From positions 12,666 to 76,665 of the forward strand of contig JBDSHN010000085.1 of NCBI GenBank assembly GCA_039918435.1: a stretch of DNA of 64,000 bases. The letters run 5' to 3'. Of the stretch, positions 9,172 to 18,590 are shown one piece after another. The DNA is from Bacteroidia bacterium (GTDB lineage: Bacteria > Bacteroidota > Bacteroidia > Palsa-965). The position numbers and the translations under genes were made by a program. The notes below the pieces were generated by a model, which worked only from the letters and a program-made list of their open reading frames with translations, was not told the DNA's origin and ran no database searches. The stretch's first letter is position 1; each line of letters begins with the position of its first letter.

Positions 9172-11091
9172 ATGGACAAAAAATCGATCCTTGGCTTTGT
9201 TCTCATTGCAGTAATTCTTGTGGTGTGGATGACGATCAATTCCAGCAACACGGCAAAAGATGCTGCATTAAAAAAGCGCTATGATGACTCCATTGCATTA
9301 ACAACTGCAAATCAGAAAGCGATGGCAGACGCAATGGCAAAACACAAATCTGACAGCATTGCCTTGCTTCCAAAAGATACAGCACGAATTGCAGGAGCAG
9401 ATTCTACAGCAGTTGCGCCGAAGCCAAAAGTATACAGCGTATTCAGCACTGTTTCTACCGACAATACGCCGGTAGTAATTGAAAATGAAAAAATAAAAGC
9501 AACTATTTTTCCTTTAGGCGGGCGCATTGGCCAGGTAGAGCTGAAAGGTTTGAAAACCTCTTCGGGAAAACCACTTATTCTTTTCTATCCTGATTCAACT
9601 CATTTTGGTGTTTCGTTTTTTGATAAGGATCGCAGGCGTTTAAATACAGATTCGCTTTATTTCAAAATAGAAGGGAAAGGATTTGCTGTAGGCGGAAATG
9701 ACTCGAATGCAATCAGCGTTCGTTTGTATGCAGATACAACACAGGCCAAATACATTGAATACCGCTATACGCTTCGTGGAAATTCGTATTTGCTTGGCTG
9801 CACCATTTCTTTTATAGGCCTGAATGAAGTATTTCCATCAGACCAGAGTTATGTAGATCTGAATTGGTCGATGAATGCACCATCGCAGGAAAAGAGTGTT
9901 GTAAACGAACGCGCAGTTGCATCTGTATTTTACAATTTTGTGGGTGAAGAAGGAATTGAAAATCTCTCGCACACGGAAGATGAAAAGAAAGACCTTACCG
10001 GTGAGATCAAATGGATTTCCTTTAAGCAACAATATTTTTCTTCAGTGCTTATTGCGGGAACAAAATTCAATAACGGCGTAAGTGTTGCCGTGACCAAGCC
10101 TTCTGATCCGTTTACAGTAAAAGGTATGAGCACGATTGTTCCTATTGCAATCGGAAGATCAGCGCAGGAAAGTTTCCCTATGAGTTTTTATTTCGGACCA
10201 AATAAGTTTTCAGAATTAAAAGCACAAGGCATTCACCTTGAACGTCAAATTGATTTAGGCTGGGGAATTTTCGGATGGCTGAACCGTTTTCTTTTTATTC
10301 CGTTATTCTCCTTCCTAGGAAATAATATTGTGAGCTATGGACTTGTAATCCTTTTGCTCACGATCATTGTAAAAATTATAATGTTTCCGATTGCTTATAA
10401 ATCGTTCCTTTCTTCTGCAAAAATGCGTGTGCTGAAACCGGAGATAGAAGAGATAAACGAAAAATTCGGAAAAGACGATCCGATGAAAAAGCAACAGGCT
10501 ACAATGGCACTTTACAAAAAGGCCGGTGTCAATCCTGCAGCAGGATGTATTCCTTTGCTTTTGCAAATTCCAATTCTCTTCTCGCTTATCCGCCTTTTTC
10601 CTGCTGCATTTGAATTACGACAGCAATCTTTCCTCTGGGCAACCGATCTTTCTACGTATGATTCCATTTGGGATTTCGGATTCAAAATTCCATTCTACGG
10701 CGATCACATGAGCTTGTTCGCATTGTTGATGACGGTTTCCACATTGCTGTACACGTGGATGAATCAGCAAATGTTATCACCAGGAAGCAACCAATTGCCG
10801 GGAATGAAATGGCTGATCTATTTAATGCCCGTTATGTTCCTTGGTTTCCTTAATTCTTACTCTGCCGCGCTGAGCTATTATTATTTCTTAAGCAACATCA
10901 TCAGCTTTGGCCAGATGTTTTTCATGCAGCGTTTCGTAGATCACGATGCCATCCGCGCCAAGATTGATATGAACAAGCTCAAGCCGGTGAAACAATCCGG
11001 ATTCATGCAGCGTCTCGAACAGGCACAAAAGAAACGTGTAGAGCAAATGAAACAGCAGCAGGGAACGTCCAATAAAGGGAAGAAAAAATAA
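9172..11091 (+). CDS. yidC: membrane protein insertase YidC (long Bacteroidota form)
   Basis: 639 aa with N-terminal TM, a large periplasmic domain and a C-terminal 5-TM core carrying the conserved PLLLQIPILFSLI segment. Confidence 0.85.
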   Translation: MDKKSILGFVLIAVILVVWMTINSSNTAKDAALKKRYDDSIALTTANQKAMADAMAKHKSDSIALLPKDTARIAGADSTAVAPKPKVYSVFSTVSTDNTPVVIENEKIKATIFPLGGRIGQVELKGLKTSSGKPLILFYPDSTHFGVSFFDKDRRRLNTDSLYFKIEGKGFAVGGNDSNAISVRLYADTTQAKYIEYRYTLRGNSYLLGCTISFIGLNEVFPSDQSYVDLNWSMNAPSQEKSVVNERAVASVFYNFVGEEGIENLSHTEDEKKDLTGEIKWISFKQQYFSSVLIAGTKFNNGVSVAVTKPSDPFTVKGMSTIVPIAIGRSAQESFPMSFYFGPNKFSELKAQGIHLERQIDLGWGIFGWLNRFLFIPLFSFLGNNIVSYGLVILLLTIIVKIIMFPIAYKSFLSSAKMRVLKPEIEEINEKFGKDDPMKKQQATMALYKKAGVNPAAGCIPLLLQIPILFSLIRLFPAAFELRQQSFLWATDLSTYDSIWDFGFKIPFYGDHMSLFALLMTVSTLLYTWMNQQMLSPGSNQLPGMKWLIYLMPVMFLGFLNSYSAALSYYYFLSNIISFGQMFFMQRFVDHDAIRAKIDMNKLKPVKQSGFMQRLEQAQKKRVEQMKQQQGTSNKGKKK

Positions 11092-11100
11092 AAGGGGTAC

Positions 11101-11118
11101 GTTCCGCCGCGGCGGAAC
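11101..11118. repeat. perfect 18-bp palindrome GTTCCGCCGCGGCGGAAC (left border of the low-GC islet, 10 nt after the yidC stop)
   Basis: Seen directly. The flank AAAAGGGGTACG-[palindrome]-GAATTAAAA matches, as a reverse complement, the copy at 13020-13058. Confidence 0.7.
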
Positions 11119-11140
11119 GAATTAAAACGAATTTACGAAT

Positions 11141-11193
11141 ACAAAAGTTGAAAGGGCGGCCACATAATGTGAACCGCCCTTTTCAACTTTTGT
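11141..11193 (+). terminator. hairpin with 18-bp stem (ACAAAAGTTGAAAGGGCGG / CCGCCCTTTTCAACTTTTGT)
   Basis: Inverted repeat seen directly. It lies downstream of yidC within the AT-rich islet border. Confidence 0.5.
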
Positions 11194-11499
11194 ATATTCG
11201 TTGAATTTACCCCCTAAAGTGCTGATGGCTTATAAAGTCCCCTGTTGGTAACTACCCCCGCCTAACGGTCTGCTAACGAATGGGAGCGGGTCAACTAAAC
11301 TTTTATTGCCTATGTCTGATACAAGTAAAATTTTTAATCTAGGAACGTTATTATTCCTAATATTAAAATTGAAGAAATTATAAGAGTTAAAAGGCCAACT
11401 ATTTTTATTTAATAATGTGCAGGTAATATTTCCAAATATGTAGCAAATTGAAACTATTGTAATAAAAATACCACGTCTACTCATAATTTACTTTTTTAA

Positions 11500-12630
11500 T
11501 TAAACAGCAAAGCCGCATTCCATTTGAGTTAGCTGAACATTTTTACCAGCTACTAATTCACAAGTTACTCCTTGGGCAATTGTAAGCATAGGATGCGTAT
11601 GCCCACAATCAAAATTCAAAATAATTGGGAACTTAGTTGTTGTGGGGATAATTTCAGTTATTAAGTCTTCATAACTTAAATCAGAATCACCTGAAAAATT
11701 TTCCGGCTTCGAAATTATTAACGCCTTTATTCCATCAAAAATCCCCATCTGCTTGAGTTGGGTAAGTTGTTTTTCTTCGTTTGCCATACTGGTATTCATC
11801 TGTTCTAAGCAAAGAATTGCACCATCAAGTGAGGGGAAATAAGCAGTACCAACAAGTGAAAGAAGCGCGTTCAAGTTGTAACTAAATATTTTTCCTTTTG
11901 CATTCCCTGCTCTTAAAACCTGCCATCCCTTATTCTTTTTGAAATTCCTTTTAACCGATGTCCACAATGGTTTTGTGGCATCAATAAACTGATCAGTATA
12001 TTTCTCAGGAGTTGGAAATGAATATGATTTAAATGCACCTTTAAAACCGGTTTGTATAAGGAAATTTTCAAAAGTAAATTTATCCGGACGGGGATATGTA
12101 CCAAAGGATGGAATAATCGCCGGCCCATAAAATGTACACAAACCACACTTTGTATTTAATGCTGCATGAATACTTGTAATATCACTGTAGCCGGAAATAA
12201 TTTTAGGATATTTTCGGATATAATCGTAATCAATGGATGGTAAAATGCTAGCAGAGTTTGATCCTCCTATAGAAAAAATGATTGCAGAAACTTTAGTATC
12301 CTTATAGAGATCATTAAACTCTTTTGCCCGATCCGAGATTGAGCCACTTCTATATCCTTGAGATAAAAAGGATGCAGTCAAATCACCAAGCTTAATTTTG
12401 AAACCTTGTTTTTCAAGGAAACTTATACCCTTCAAAAACTTACTTTTTAAAATAACATTACCGGGCATGCTAGGTGTCGCAATACCTATACAAGCTCCTT
12501 GTTTAAGAGAGTTTGGCTTAAGTAAATTAACTTTTCTTTTTGAAGAGAGCGACATGATATCTAAGGTGTTTTCTATTTTTGATGAATGTGGACTCATAGT
12601 AATTAAATTTTCTAAAAACAATTTCCGCAC
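11500..12630 (-). CDS. S66-family serine peptidase (LD-carboxypeptidase LdcA / microcin-C immunity MccF-like)
   Basis: CIGIATPS near the N-terminus and a GYSDITS nucleophile motif; FDCGHTHP near the C-terminus. The true start may be an internal Met (MSLSS...). Lies in a low-GC islet. Confidence 0.6.
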   Translation of the reverse strand: MRKLFLENLITMSPHSSKIENTLDIMSLSSKRKVNLLKPNSLKQGACIGIATPSMPGNVILKSKFLKGISFLEKQGFKIKLGDLTASFLSQGYRSGSISDRAKEFNDLYKDTKVSAIIFSIGGSNSASILPSIDYDYIRKYPKIISGYSDITSIHAALNTKCGLCTFYGPAIIPSFGTYPRPDKFTFENFLIQTGFKGAFKSYSFPTPEKYTDQFIDATKPLWTSVKRNFKKNKGWQVLRAGNAKGKIFSYNLNALLSLVGTAYFPSLDGAILCLEQMNTSMANEEKQLTQLKQMGIFDGIKALIISKPENFSGDSDLSYEDLITEIIPTTTKFPIILNFDCGHTHPMLTIAQGVTCELVAGKNVQLTQMECGFAV

Positions 12631-12771
12631 ATTCTTTGATCAACAGCTTATCGCTATTTTTATATCTAGCACCAAGAAAAATATCGAGCTGTACCAATGT
12701 AGGCATTTTCGCATTGTTCATTGGATAGTCATTCCAATAATGCAAATCAAAATCAAGTTCTTTATGAAGAT

Positions 12772-13008
12772 TTATCCAATCCTCTTTAAAATATGGTCTG
12801 CAATCTTTTTTAATTCCTTTCGTCTTCCTGCAATTACTACATCAAAATGCGCGTTGCCACTAAGCAACCCGTCTGAATCATTATAAATCCAAACAACAGA
12901 TTTTATTTTTACTGCTGCTTTTTGTTCTTTGAATTCTTTATAGATTCTTTTTTCAACAACCAAAGCAACTCTTTCCTTTTCACTTTCTATGATATTGATA
13001 ATATCCAA
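12772..13008 (-). CDS. hypothetical small protein (78 aa) in low-GC islet
   Basis: Intact ORF co-oriented with hldD and the S66 peptidase. No recognisable motif. Confidence 0.3.
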   Translation of the reverse strand: MDIINIIESEKERVALVVEKRIYKEFKEQKAAVKIKSVVWIYNDSDGLLSGNAHFDVVIAGRRKELKKIADHILKRIG

Positions 13009-13029
13009 ATTCGTATATTCTTTTTGATT

Positions 13030-13048
13030 CGTTCCGCCGCGGCGGATC
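13030..13048. repeat. palindrome copy CGTTCCGCCGCGGCGGATCG (right border of the low-GC islet, abutting the hldD stop)
   Basis: Reverse complement of 13017-13060 is TTAAAAGGGTACGATCCGCCGCGGCGGAACGAATCAAAAAG, about 90% identical to 11089-11128. Confidence 0.7.
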
Positions 13049-13056
13049 GTACCCTT

Positions 13057-14022
13057 TTAATAATACCTGCCATCCCGCAAATAATTCTGCACATAATCCA
13101 GAATACCGTCTTCGAGCGAATAAAATTCTTTTTCGTAACCCGCATTTTTCAGCTTCGTCATATTCGCTTCGGTGAAATACTGGTACTTGTCTCGGATATC
13201 AAGCGGCGTATCGATGAAAGAAATATTTTCCTCTTTTCCCATGGCAGCGAATGTTCCTTTTGCGAGATCAAGAAAGCTGCGCGATTTTCCGGTGCCGAGA
13301 TTGTAAATTCCGGATGCAGGATAATTTTTGAAAAGGAACACACATACTTCAATCACATCTTTCACATAAATAAAATCGCGCAATTGTTCGCCGTCTTTAT
13401 AATCGGGATTATGCGAACGGAAAAGTTTCATGGCGCCGGAAGAAGAAATCTGCCCGAACGCATGAAAAATAACGGACGCCATTCTTGATTTATGATATTC
13501 ATTGGGTCCGTACACATTGAAAAACTTCAACCCGTACCAATGTGGTGGCGCTGTTTTCTGCTGCAGCACCCATTTATCAAATTCATTCTTCGAATCGCCA
13601 TAAGGATTCAGCGGTGTTAGTTTTGAAACGAGAGAAGGATCATCATCATAACCATATTCGCCTAAACCATACGTTGCGGCAGAAGAAGCGTAGATAAGCG
13701 GAACCTGGTTTGCTGTGCAGATTTTCCAAATGTCTTTTGAATAATTGACATTGAGCCGGTCGAAAATTTCTTTGTCAAATTCTGTTGTATCTGTTCTTGC
13801 GCCGATATGGAAAACTACTTTTACTTTCTGCGCATTCGCCTCAAACCACTGCATAAATTCATCGCGATGAATGCGTTGCTTGTACCTTTTTCCTTCGAGG
13901 TTCAGATTTTTTGTATCGTCAGAAAAATCATCGACGAGAATAATATCTTCTAATCCGTCCGCATTAAGACGGCTTACGAGACATGAACCAATAAATCCAG
14001 CAGCACCAGTAACAATGATCAT
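13057..14022 (-). CDS. hldD: ADP-L-glycero-D-manno-heptose 6-epimerase
   Basis: N-terminus MIIVTGAAGFIGS...ILVDD Rossmann motif and overall SDR-extended pattern closely resemble HldD/RfaD. Confidence 0.7.
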   Translation of the reverse strand: MIIVTGAAGFIGSCLVSRLNADGLEDIILVDDFSDDTKNLNLEGKRYKQRIHRDEFMQWFEANAQKVKVVFHIGARTDTTEFDKEIFDRLNVNYSKDIWKICTANQVPLIYASSAATYGLGEYGYDDDPSLVSKLTPLNPYGDSKNEFDKWVLQQKTAPPHWYGLKFFNVYGPNEYHKSRMASVIFHAFGQISSSGAMKLFRSHNPDYKDGEQLRDFIYVKDVIEVCVFLFKNYPASGIYNLGTGKSRSFLDLAKGTFAAMGKEENISFIDTPLDIRDKYQYFTEANMTKLKNAGYEKEFYSLEDGILDYVQNYLRDGRYY

Positions 14023-14058
14023 TGCATTTTAATTTAAAGGTAAAACGACTATTGAAAA

Positions 14059-14835
14059 TTATATTTCATTCTTCTTCGGCCAGTTAAACAATTGTGATGT
14101 GATAACAGGCAGAATAAATATGCAGACAGTTAAAATCGAAATACCTGTATCAGCTGCATGTGAATCAAGAAAAACTGTTACAGCAGAATACGGATAGAAA
14201 TGTGTGAAGAGCGAACTTGTTAGTTTTAAGCCAAGAATAAGAATGACAATAAAAGCGCCGCTCGTGAGGAAAGAATACTTTTCCATCAGCTTAACAAATC
14301 CCTGTGCCACAAAACGCATTGCTAAAATTCCGATAAATACACCCGTGCAGATCAGCCAGATATTATCGGTGAATGCAACCGCTGCAAAAACATTATCGAT
14401 AGAAAAAGCAAGATCCATAATTTCCACCAGCACGATGGTCGCCCAAAGCGGACCTAAAAGTCCGAATGTTTTTTTGTAAAGCCAGTTGTCTTTTTTATTC
14501 AGCGTATCATCTTCCAGCTGCGGAGTAGATTTTGTGCGAAAATAATTTAAGCCGAGGTACAAAAGATAAATTCCGCCTGCACCTTTGAGCCACCAGACCT
14601 TCACCAGGTAGCTGGCAAGCAACAATGAAAATCCCCTGAAAATATAGGCACCAATGATTCCGTATTTCAGCGCTTTCCTGCGTTGATCTTTCGGAAGATC
14701 CATTACCATTGTTGCAAGCACCGCAGCATTATCAATGGAAAGAAGACTTTCAATCATGATAAGGTTCAGGATAATCAGCAACGCTTTTCCCGGATGATCG
14801 CCGATTATCTTGTGTAGTATTTCCATGCAGGCCAC
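14059..14835 (-). CDS. TerC-family integral membrane protein
   Basis: Multi-TM protein with repeated SIDN(A/V) motifs typical of TerC/YkoY-like proteins. Confidence 0.5.
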   Translation of the reverse strand: MACMEILHKIIGDHPGKALLIILNLIMIESLLSIDNAAVLATMVMDLPKDQRRKALKYGIIGAYIFRGFSLLLASYLVKVWWLKGAGGIYLLYLGLNYFRTKSTPQLEDDTLNKKDNWLYKKTFGLLGPLWATIVLVEIMDLAFSIDNVFAAVAFTDNIWLICTGVFIGILAMRFVAQGFVKLMEKYSFLTSGAFIVILILGLKLTSSLFTHFYPYSAVTVFLDSHAADTGISILTVCIFILPVITSQLFNWPKKNEI

Positions 14836-15007
14836 AAAGGTACGGAATTGGCGGGCTATGAAGGAAAGGAGTAAATTGTTGACTTAATTTAAGAGCATGA
14901 AAAATACGGCTTTACTGATTGACGAAAACGGCAGCCGGATTTCTCTTGAACCAGGAGATTATCATATTATTTGTTTTATAAAGAAGAGGAATTGATTAAT
15001 TAAACTG

Positions 15008-15844
15008 TTAATCCAGGAACAGCTTTATATCATTCGGAGGGATCACTCCTTTTTCTTTTGCCTTCTTAAATAAAGTGAGCACCGCTTTCCTTCCTTCTTT
15101 TCCAAGATCAATTGAAAACTCATTCACATAAAGATCGATGTGTTTGTACATTACTTCTTCGCTCATTTCCTGCGCATGTTCCCGCACATAAGGCAAACTC
15201 GCTTTACGATCAGCAAATGCAAATTCAACACTCTTTCGCAAGACACGGTTTACTTTTGCTTTTACTTCTTCCGGCAAAGAACGTTTAATTACGATGCCGC
15301 CAAGAGGAATTGGAGATTTTGTAGTGGTCTCCCAATATTCGCCGAGATCAATTATTTTCTTTAGTCCTTTTGCTTCGTAGGTAAAACGGTTTTCATGAAT
15401 GATCAATCCTGCATCGAACTCGTCATTCAAAACTGCATTTTCAATTTCAGAAAAAACAACTTCTGTTTTATCCGTGATCTCCGGGTAAGCAAGTCCAAGT
15501 AAAAAATTTGCCGTTGTAAACTTTCCGGGAATGGCGACAGAAATTTCCCCTTCCTCCAGTTCCTTCTTTTTGATTTCGGTTTTTGAGATCAGCAACGGAC
15601 CGCAATTTCTTCCCAATGCGCTACCTGCATCGAGCAAAACATACTTTTCGACGCAAAATGCAAAAGCATGATAACTCAGTTTTGTAATATCGATTTCACC
15701 TGCAAATGCACCTTTGTTCAGGCTTTCGACATCACCAAGATGAACATCGAATTCCAATCCTTCAAGATCGATTCGTTTATTCACAATTGCATCGAAAATG
15801 AAACAATCATTCGGACAAGGAGAAAAACCCAGTGTTAATCGCAC
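15008..15844 (-). CDS. mqnD: 1,4-dihydroxy-6-naphthoate synthase (futalosine pathway) MqnD-like
   Basis: N-terminus MRLTLGFSPCPNDCFIFDAIV matches the MqnA/MqnD family. 278 aa. Adjacent to an MqnB-like gene. Confidence 0.55.
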   Translation of the reverse strand: MRLTLGFSPCPNDCFIFDAIVNKRIDLEGLEFDVHLGDVESLNKGAFAGEIDITKLSYHAFAFCVEKYVLLDAGSALGRNCGPLLISKTEIKKKELEEGEISVAIPGKFTTANFLLGLAYPEITDKTEVVFSEIENAVLNDEFDAGLIIHENRFTYEAKGLKKIIDLGEYWETTTKSPIPLGGIVIKRSLPEEVKAKVNRVLRKSVEFAFADRKASLPYVREHAQEMSEEVMYKHIDLYVNEFSIDLGKEGRKAVLTLFKKAKEKGVIPPNDIKLFLD

Positions 15845-15845
15845 G

Positions 15846-16526
15846 TTACAGATTATTAATTATTTCAACCGCTTTTTCGTTCAGATTTTTTATTGCCAAT
15901 GCCATGTTCCAGTTTTCACGGTTCCGTTTTTCAATAACATTTGAAACCGAGCGGATCTGCGCACAGGGAATTTTGTCAATCATACATGCATAAAAAAATG
16001 CCGCGCCTTCCATACTTTCCACGTGCGGGTTCCAGCGCTTCACCACTTTTGCAATATTCGCTTCATTACCATGAGCTGTATTTACTGAAATTCCATTGAC
16101 ACCCGCCAGGTTCATGATCCGTTCGTAGTTTGGAAATGTCTGGTTCACGAGTTGTCCCCACATAAATGGAAATTCATTTTCTCCCAACAGGTTCAGTTCA
16201 TTCACGGACAGAAATTTCTCATCATCCTCCGCCCCGAGATCCGCAAAACGATCTGTCAATACATGAACGACTTTTCCAATCTCGATCGATTTGCTAAAGC
16301 TTCCGCAAACGCCTAAATTCAAAGCCGCATCATACTTTTTCGCCGATAAAGCCTTCGCAGTCCATGCAGCTGTTGCCACCATTCCCACTCCCGTGATCAA
16401 CACATCAAGGAAGTGCGGCCCATGACTATAAAATTTCATCCGCTGATCATTCTCCGAAATAAATTTCAACCGCGCCACCAGCGGAGCAATTTCCATGTAA
16501 GTAGCGGAGACGATGAGTAAGTTCAT
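15846..16526 (-). CDS. mqnB: futalosine hydrolase MqnB-like (PNP/MTA nucleosidase family)
   Basis: MNLLIVSATYMEIAP N-terminus is typical of the nucleosidase fold. Overlaps the mqnD stop by 1-2 nt. Confidence 0.55.
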   Translation of the reverse strand: MNLLIVSATYMEIAPLVARLKFISENDQRMKFYSHGPHFLDVLITGVGMVATAAWTAKALSAKKYDAALNLGVCGSFSKSIEIGKVVHVLTDRFADLGAEDDEKFLSVNELNLLGENEFPFMWGQLVNQTFPNYERIMNLAGVNGISVNTAHGNEANIAKVVKRWNPHVESMEGAAFFYACMIDKIPCAQIRSVSNVIEKRNRENWNMALAIKNLNEKAVEIINNL

Positions 16527-16687
16527 GGGTGGAGAAATTTAGGTGCAAAGGTAATCTTATTCGTAATCGAGGAAGCAGGAAAAAAGGTGGCAGGTGGCAG
16601 GAAAAAAAATGGGAAATATTCCCTAAAAAGCCTGCCTCCTGCCGCCTAATTTTCCTGCCCCTTTTTTCCTTTATCTTTGTACCCATT

Positions 16688-17101
16688 ATGATACACATCA
16701 CCAGAAGGGAAAGATTTACAGCTGCTCACAGGCTTTTTAAACCGGGATTAACTGATGCGCAGAACAGTGAAATGTTCGGCGGCTGCGCAAACCCGAATTG
16801 GCACGGACACAATTACGAACTTTTTATTACCATAAAAGGAAAAGTAAATCCGGAGCTCGGTTACGTGATTAACCTGAAAGACCTCAGCGCACTTCTGAAA
16901 GTAAAAGTCATTGATAAATTAGATCACCGCAACCTGAATATGGATGTGGATTTTCTTAAAAATATTATGACTTCAACAGAAAATGTTGCGATTGCGATCT
17001 GGAAAGAAATTGAACAACCGATAAAAGAAGTGGGTGCTACTTTGCATTGCGTGAAGCTGGTGGAAACTGAAAATAATTCAGTGGAATATTTTGGAGAATA
17101 A
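16688..17101 (+). CDS. queD: 6-carboxy-5,6,7,8-tetrahydropterin synthase / 6-pyruvoyl-tetrahydropterin synthase
   Basis: FTAAHRL...CANPNWHGHNYEL motif. Start placed at the internal Met because the upstream part of the tracked ORF is repeat-rich non-coding sequence. Confidence 0.75.
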   Translation: MIHITRRERFTAAHRLFKPGLTDAQNSEMFGGCANPNWHGHNYELFITIKGKVNPELGYVINLKDLSALLKVKVIDKLDHRNLNMDVDFLKNIMTSTENVAIAIWKEIEQPIKEVGATLHCVKLVETENNSVEYFGE

Positions 17102-17104
17102 TTA

Positions 17105-17734
17105 ATGTCCAAAAAACAAACTATGTCAGAAGAAGAATTCGGTTATAGAAAAATTGATAAATACAACGAGGCAACCATTGACAGCATCGCCGATAAATAC
17201 AGGAAAATTCTTGAAGAGATCGGCGAAGATCCTGTTCGTGAAGGTTTAGTGAAAACACCGGAGCGTGTTGCAAAAGCATTGCAATACCTCACGCATGGCT
17301 ATGATCTTGATCCGGGTGAAATTCTGCGGTCGGCGATGTTCACAGAAAAATATTCGCAGATGGTGATTGTAAAAGACATTGAAGTGTATTCTCTTTGCGA
17401 ACACCACATGCTTCCGTTTTTTGGCAAAGCGCATATTGCCTATATTCCGAATGGAAGCGTTGTTGGACTGAGCAAAATTCCGCGTGTTGTAGATGCATTC
17501 GCACGACGCTTACAAGTGCAGGAGCGTCTTACGGATCAGATCCGCGATTGCATACAGGAAACATTAAATCCGCTTGGTGTTGGCGTAGTTATTGAAGCTT
17601 CTCATTTGTGCATGCAGATGCGTGGAATTCAAAAGCAGAATTCAGTTACGACTACATCTGCTTTCACCGGTGAATTTCTGAAAGAAACAACCCGCTCCGA
17701 ATTCATTAAACTCATCGGTTCGAGATTGCATTAA
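17105..17734 (+). CDS. folE: GTP cyclohydrolase I
   Basis: [12 protein letters not shown] and [18 protein letters not shown] motifs. Confidence 0.85.
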   Translation: MSKKQTMSEEEFGYRKIDKYNEATIDSIADKYRKILEEIGEDPVREGLVKTPERVAKALQYLTHGYDLDPGEILRSAMFTEKYSQMVIVKDIEVYSLCEHHMLPFFGKAHIAYIPNGSVVGLSKIPRVVDAFARRLQVQERLTDQIRDCIQETLNPLGVGVVIEASHLCMQMRGIQKQNSVTTTSAFTGEFLKETTRSEFIKLIGSRLH

Positions 17735-17782
17735 CCGGAAATTCGTTTTAATTTTATTTTATCAAACCACAAAAAATAAAAC

Positions 17783-18529
17783 ATGAGCTACTACTCTCCA
17801 CAACAACAGCCCGGTCAGAATAATATGTACGGGCAAAATAACTTTATCGATAAAGAAGCTGTCTCAGCCGAAGCTGCAAAAGCATTTGTAACGCAAGTGT
17901 TCGGATGGATGTTTTTAGCGATGGTTCTTTCTGCAGGAATCGCTTACGCATTCGCTACTTCCGACTTGATTTATATGCTTTTCGACCATGTTACAGGTAA
18001 ACCAAGTGCATTTTTTTGGGTTGCATTGCTTAGCCCAATAGGTATTGTTTTACTGATGAACTTCGGTCTTGAGAAATTATCCTTTGGCGTAATCCTTCTG
18101 CTTTTCATTTCCTACGCTTCATTGATGGGAATAAGTCTCAGCACAATTTTCCTGGCATACGAACCATTGGCAATTGCTAAAGCTTTTGGAATAACTGCTG
18201 GTGCTTTTGGCGTAATGGCAGTGACTGGATACACGACAAAAACTGATCTTTCCAAATTTGGAATGATTATGATATTTGGTCTTGTTGGAATTGTTATCGC
18301 TTCTCTTTTTAACATGTTCGGATCGGCCAATTCGCAATTTTCGTTATTAATTGATATCGCCTGCATTATTGTTTTCACTGGTCTTATTGCATGGAAAATG
18401 CAAATGGTTCGTCAAATGGGAGAGCAAGTCGGAACTACTCAGCCAAAGCTTGCCGTTTTTATGGCGCTCAGCCTTTACATTACATTCATCAATCTTTTCC
18501 TTACCATTCTTCGCTTCATGCGCAGATAA
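17783..18529 (+). CDS. Bax inhibitor-1/YccA-family membrane protein
   Basis: Q/N-rich N-terminus followed by 7 predicted TM segments. Length and pattern fit the BI-1 family. Confidence 0.65.
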   Translation: MSYYSPQQQPGQNNMYGQNNFIDKEAVSAEAAKAFVTQVFGWMFLAMVLSAGIAYAFATSDLIYMLFDHVTGKPSAFFWVALLSPIGIVLLMNFGLEKLSFGVILLLFISYASLMGISLSTIFLAYEPLAIAKAFGITAGAFGVMAVTGYTTKTDLSKFGMIMIFGLVGIVIASLFNMFGSANSQFSLLIDIACIIVFTGLIAWKMQMVRQMGEQVGTTQPKLAVFMALSLYITFINLFLTILRFMRR

Positions 18530-18550
18530 ATTTGCAGAATAAAAAATACA

Positions 18551-18590
18551 AACAGCCATTCTCTTAAGTGAAATGGCTGTTTTTTTATTT
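18551..18590 (+). terminator. rho-independent terminator (AACAGCCATT ... AATGGCTGTT + T7)
   Basis: Perfect 10-bp stem followed by TTTTTTT, directly after the BI-1 gene. Confidence 0.65.

Noticed and set aside
11230-11484. 84-aa minus-strand ORF in the AT-rich part of the islet; also checked here for a tRNA fragment (attachment-site remnant)
   Set aside because: No tRNA-like acceptor/T-arm sequence is seen. The ORF is low-complexity AT-rich translation without start context.
12398-13488. Plus-strand ORFs 12398..12886 and 12922..13488
   Set aside because: Antisense to the S66 peptidase and hldD respectively, with low-complexity I/F/K-rich translations typical of AT-rich antisense frames.
16529-16687. 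N-terminal 53-codon extension of the queD ORF
   Set aside because: The extension is translated from the CCTGCC/GGCAGG repeat region. The conserved PTPS fold begins at the internal Met (MIHITRRERF).
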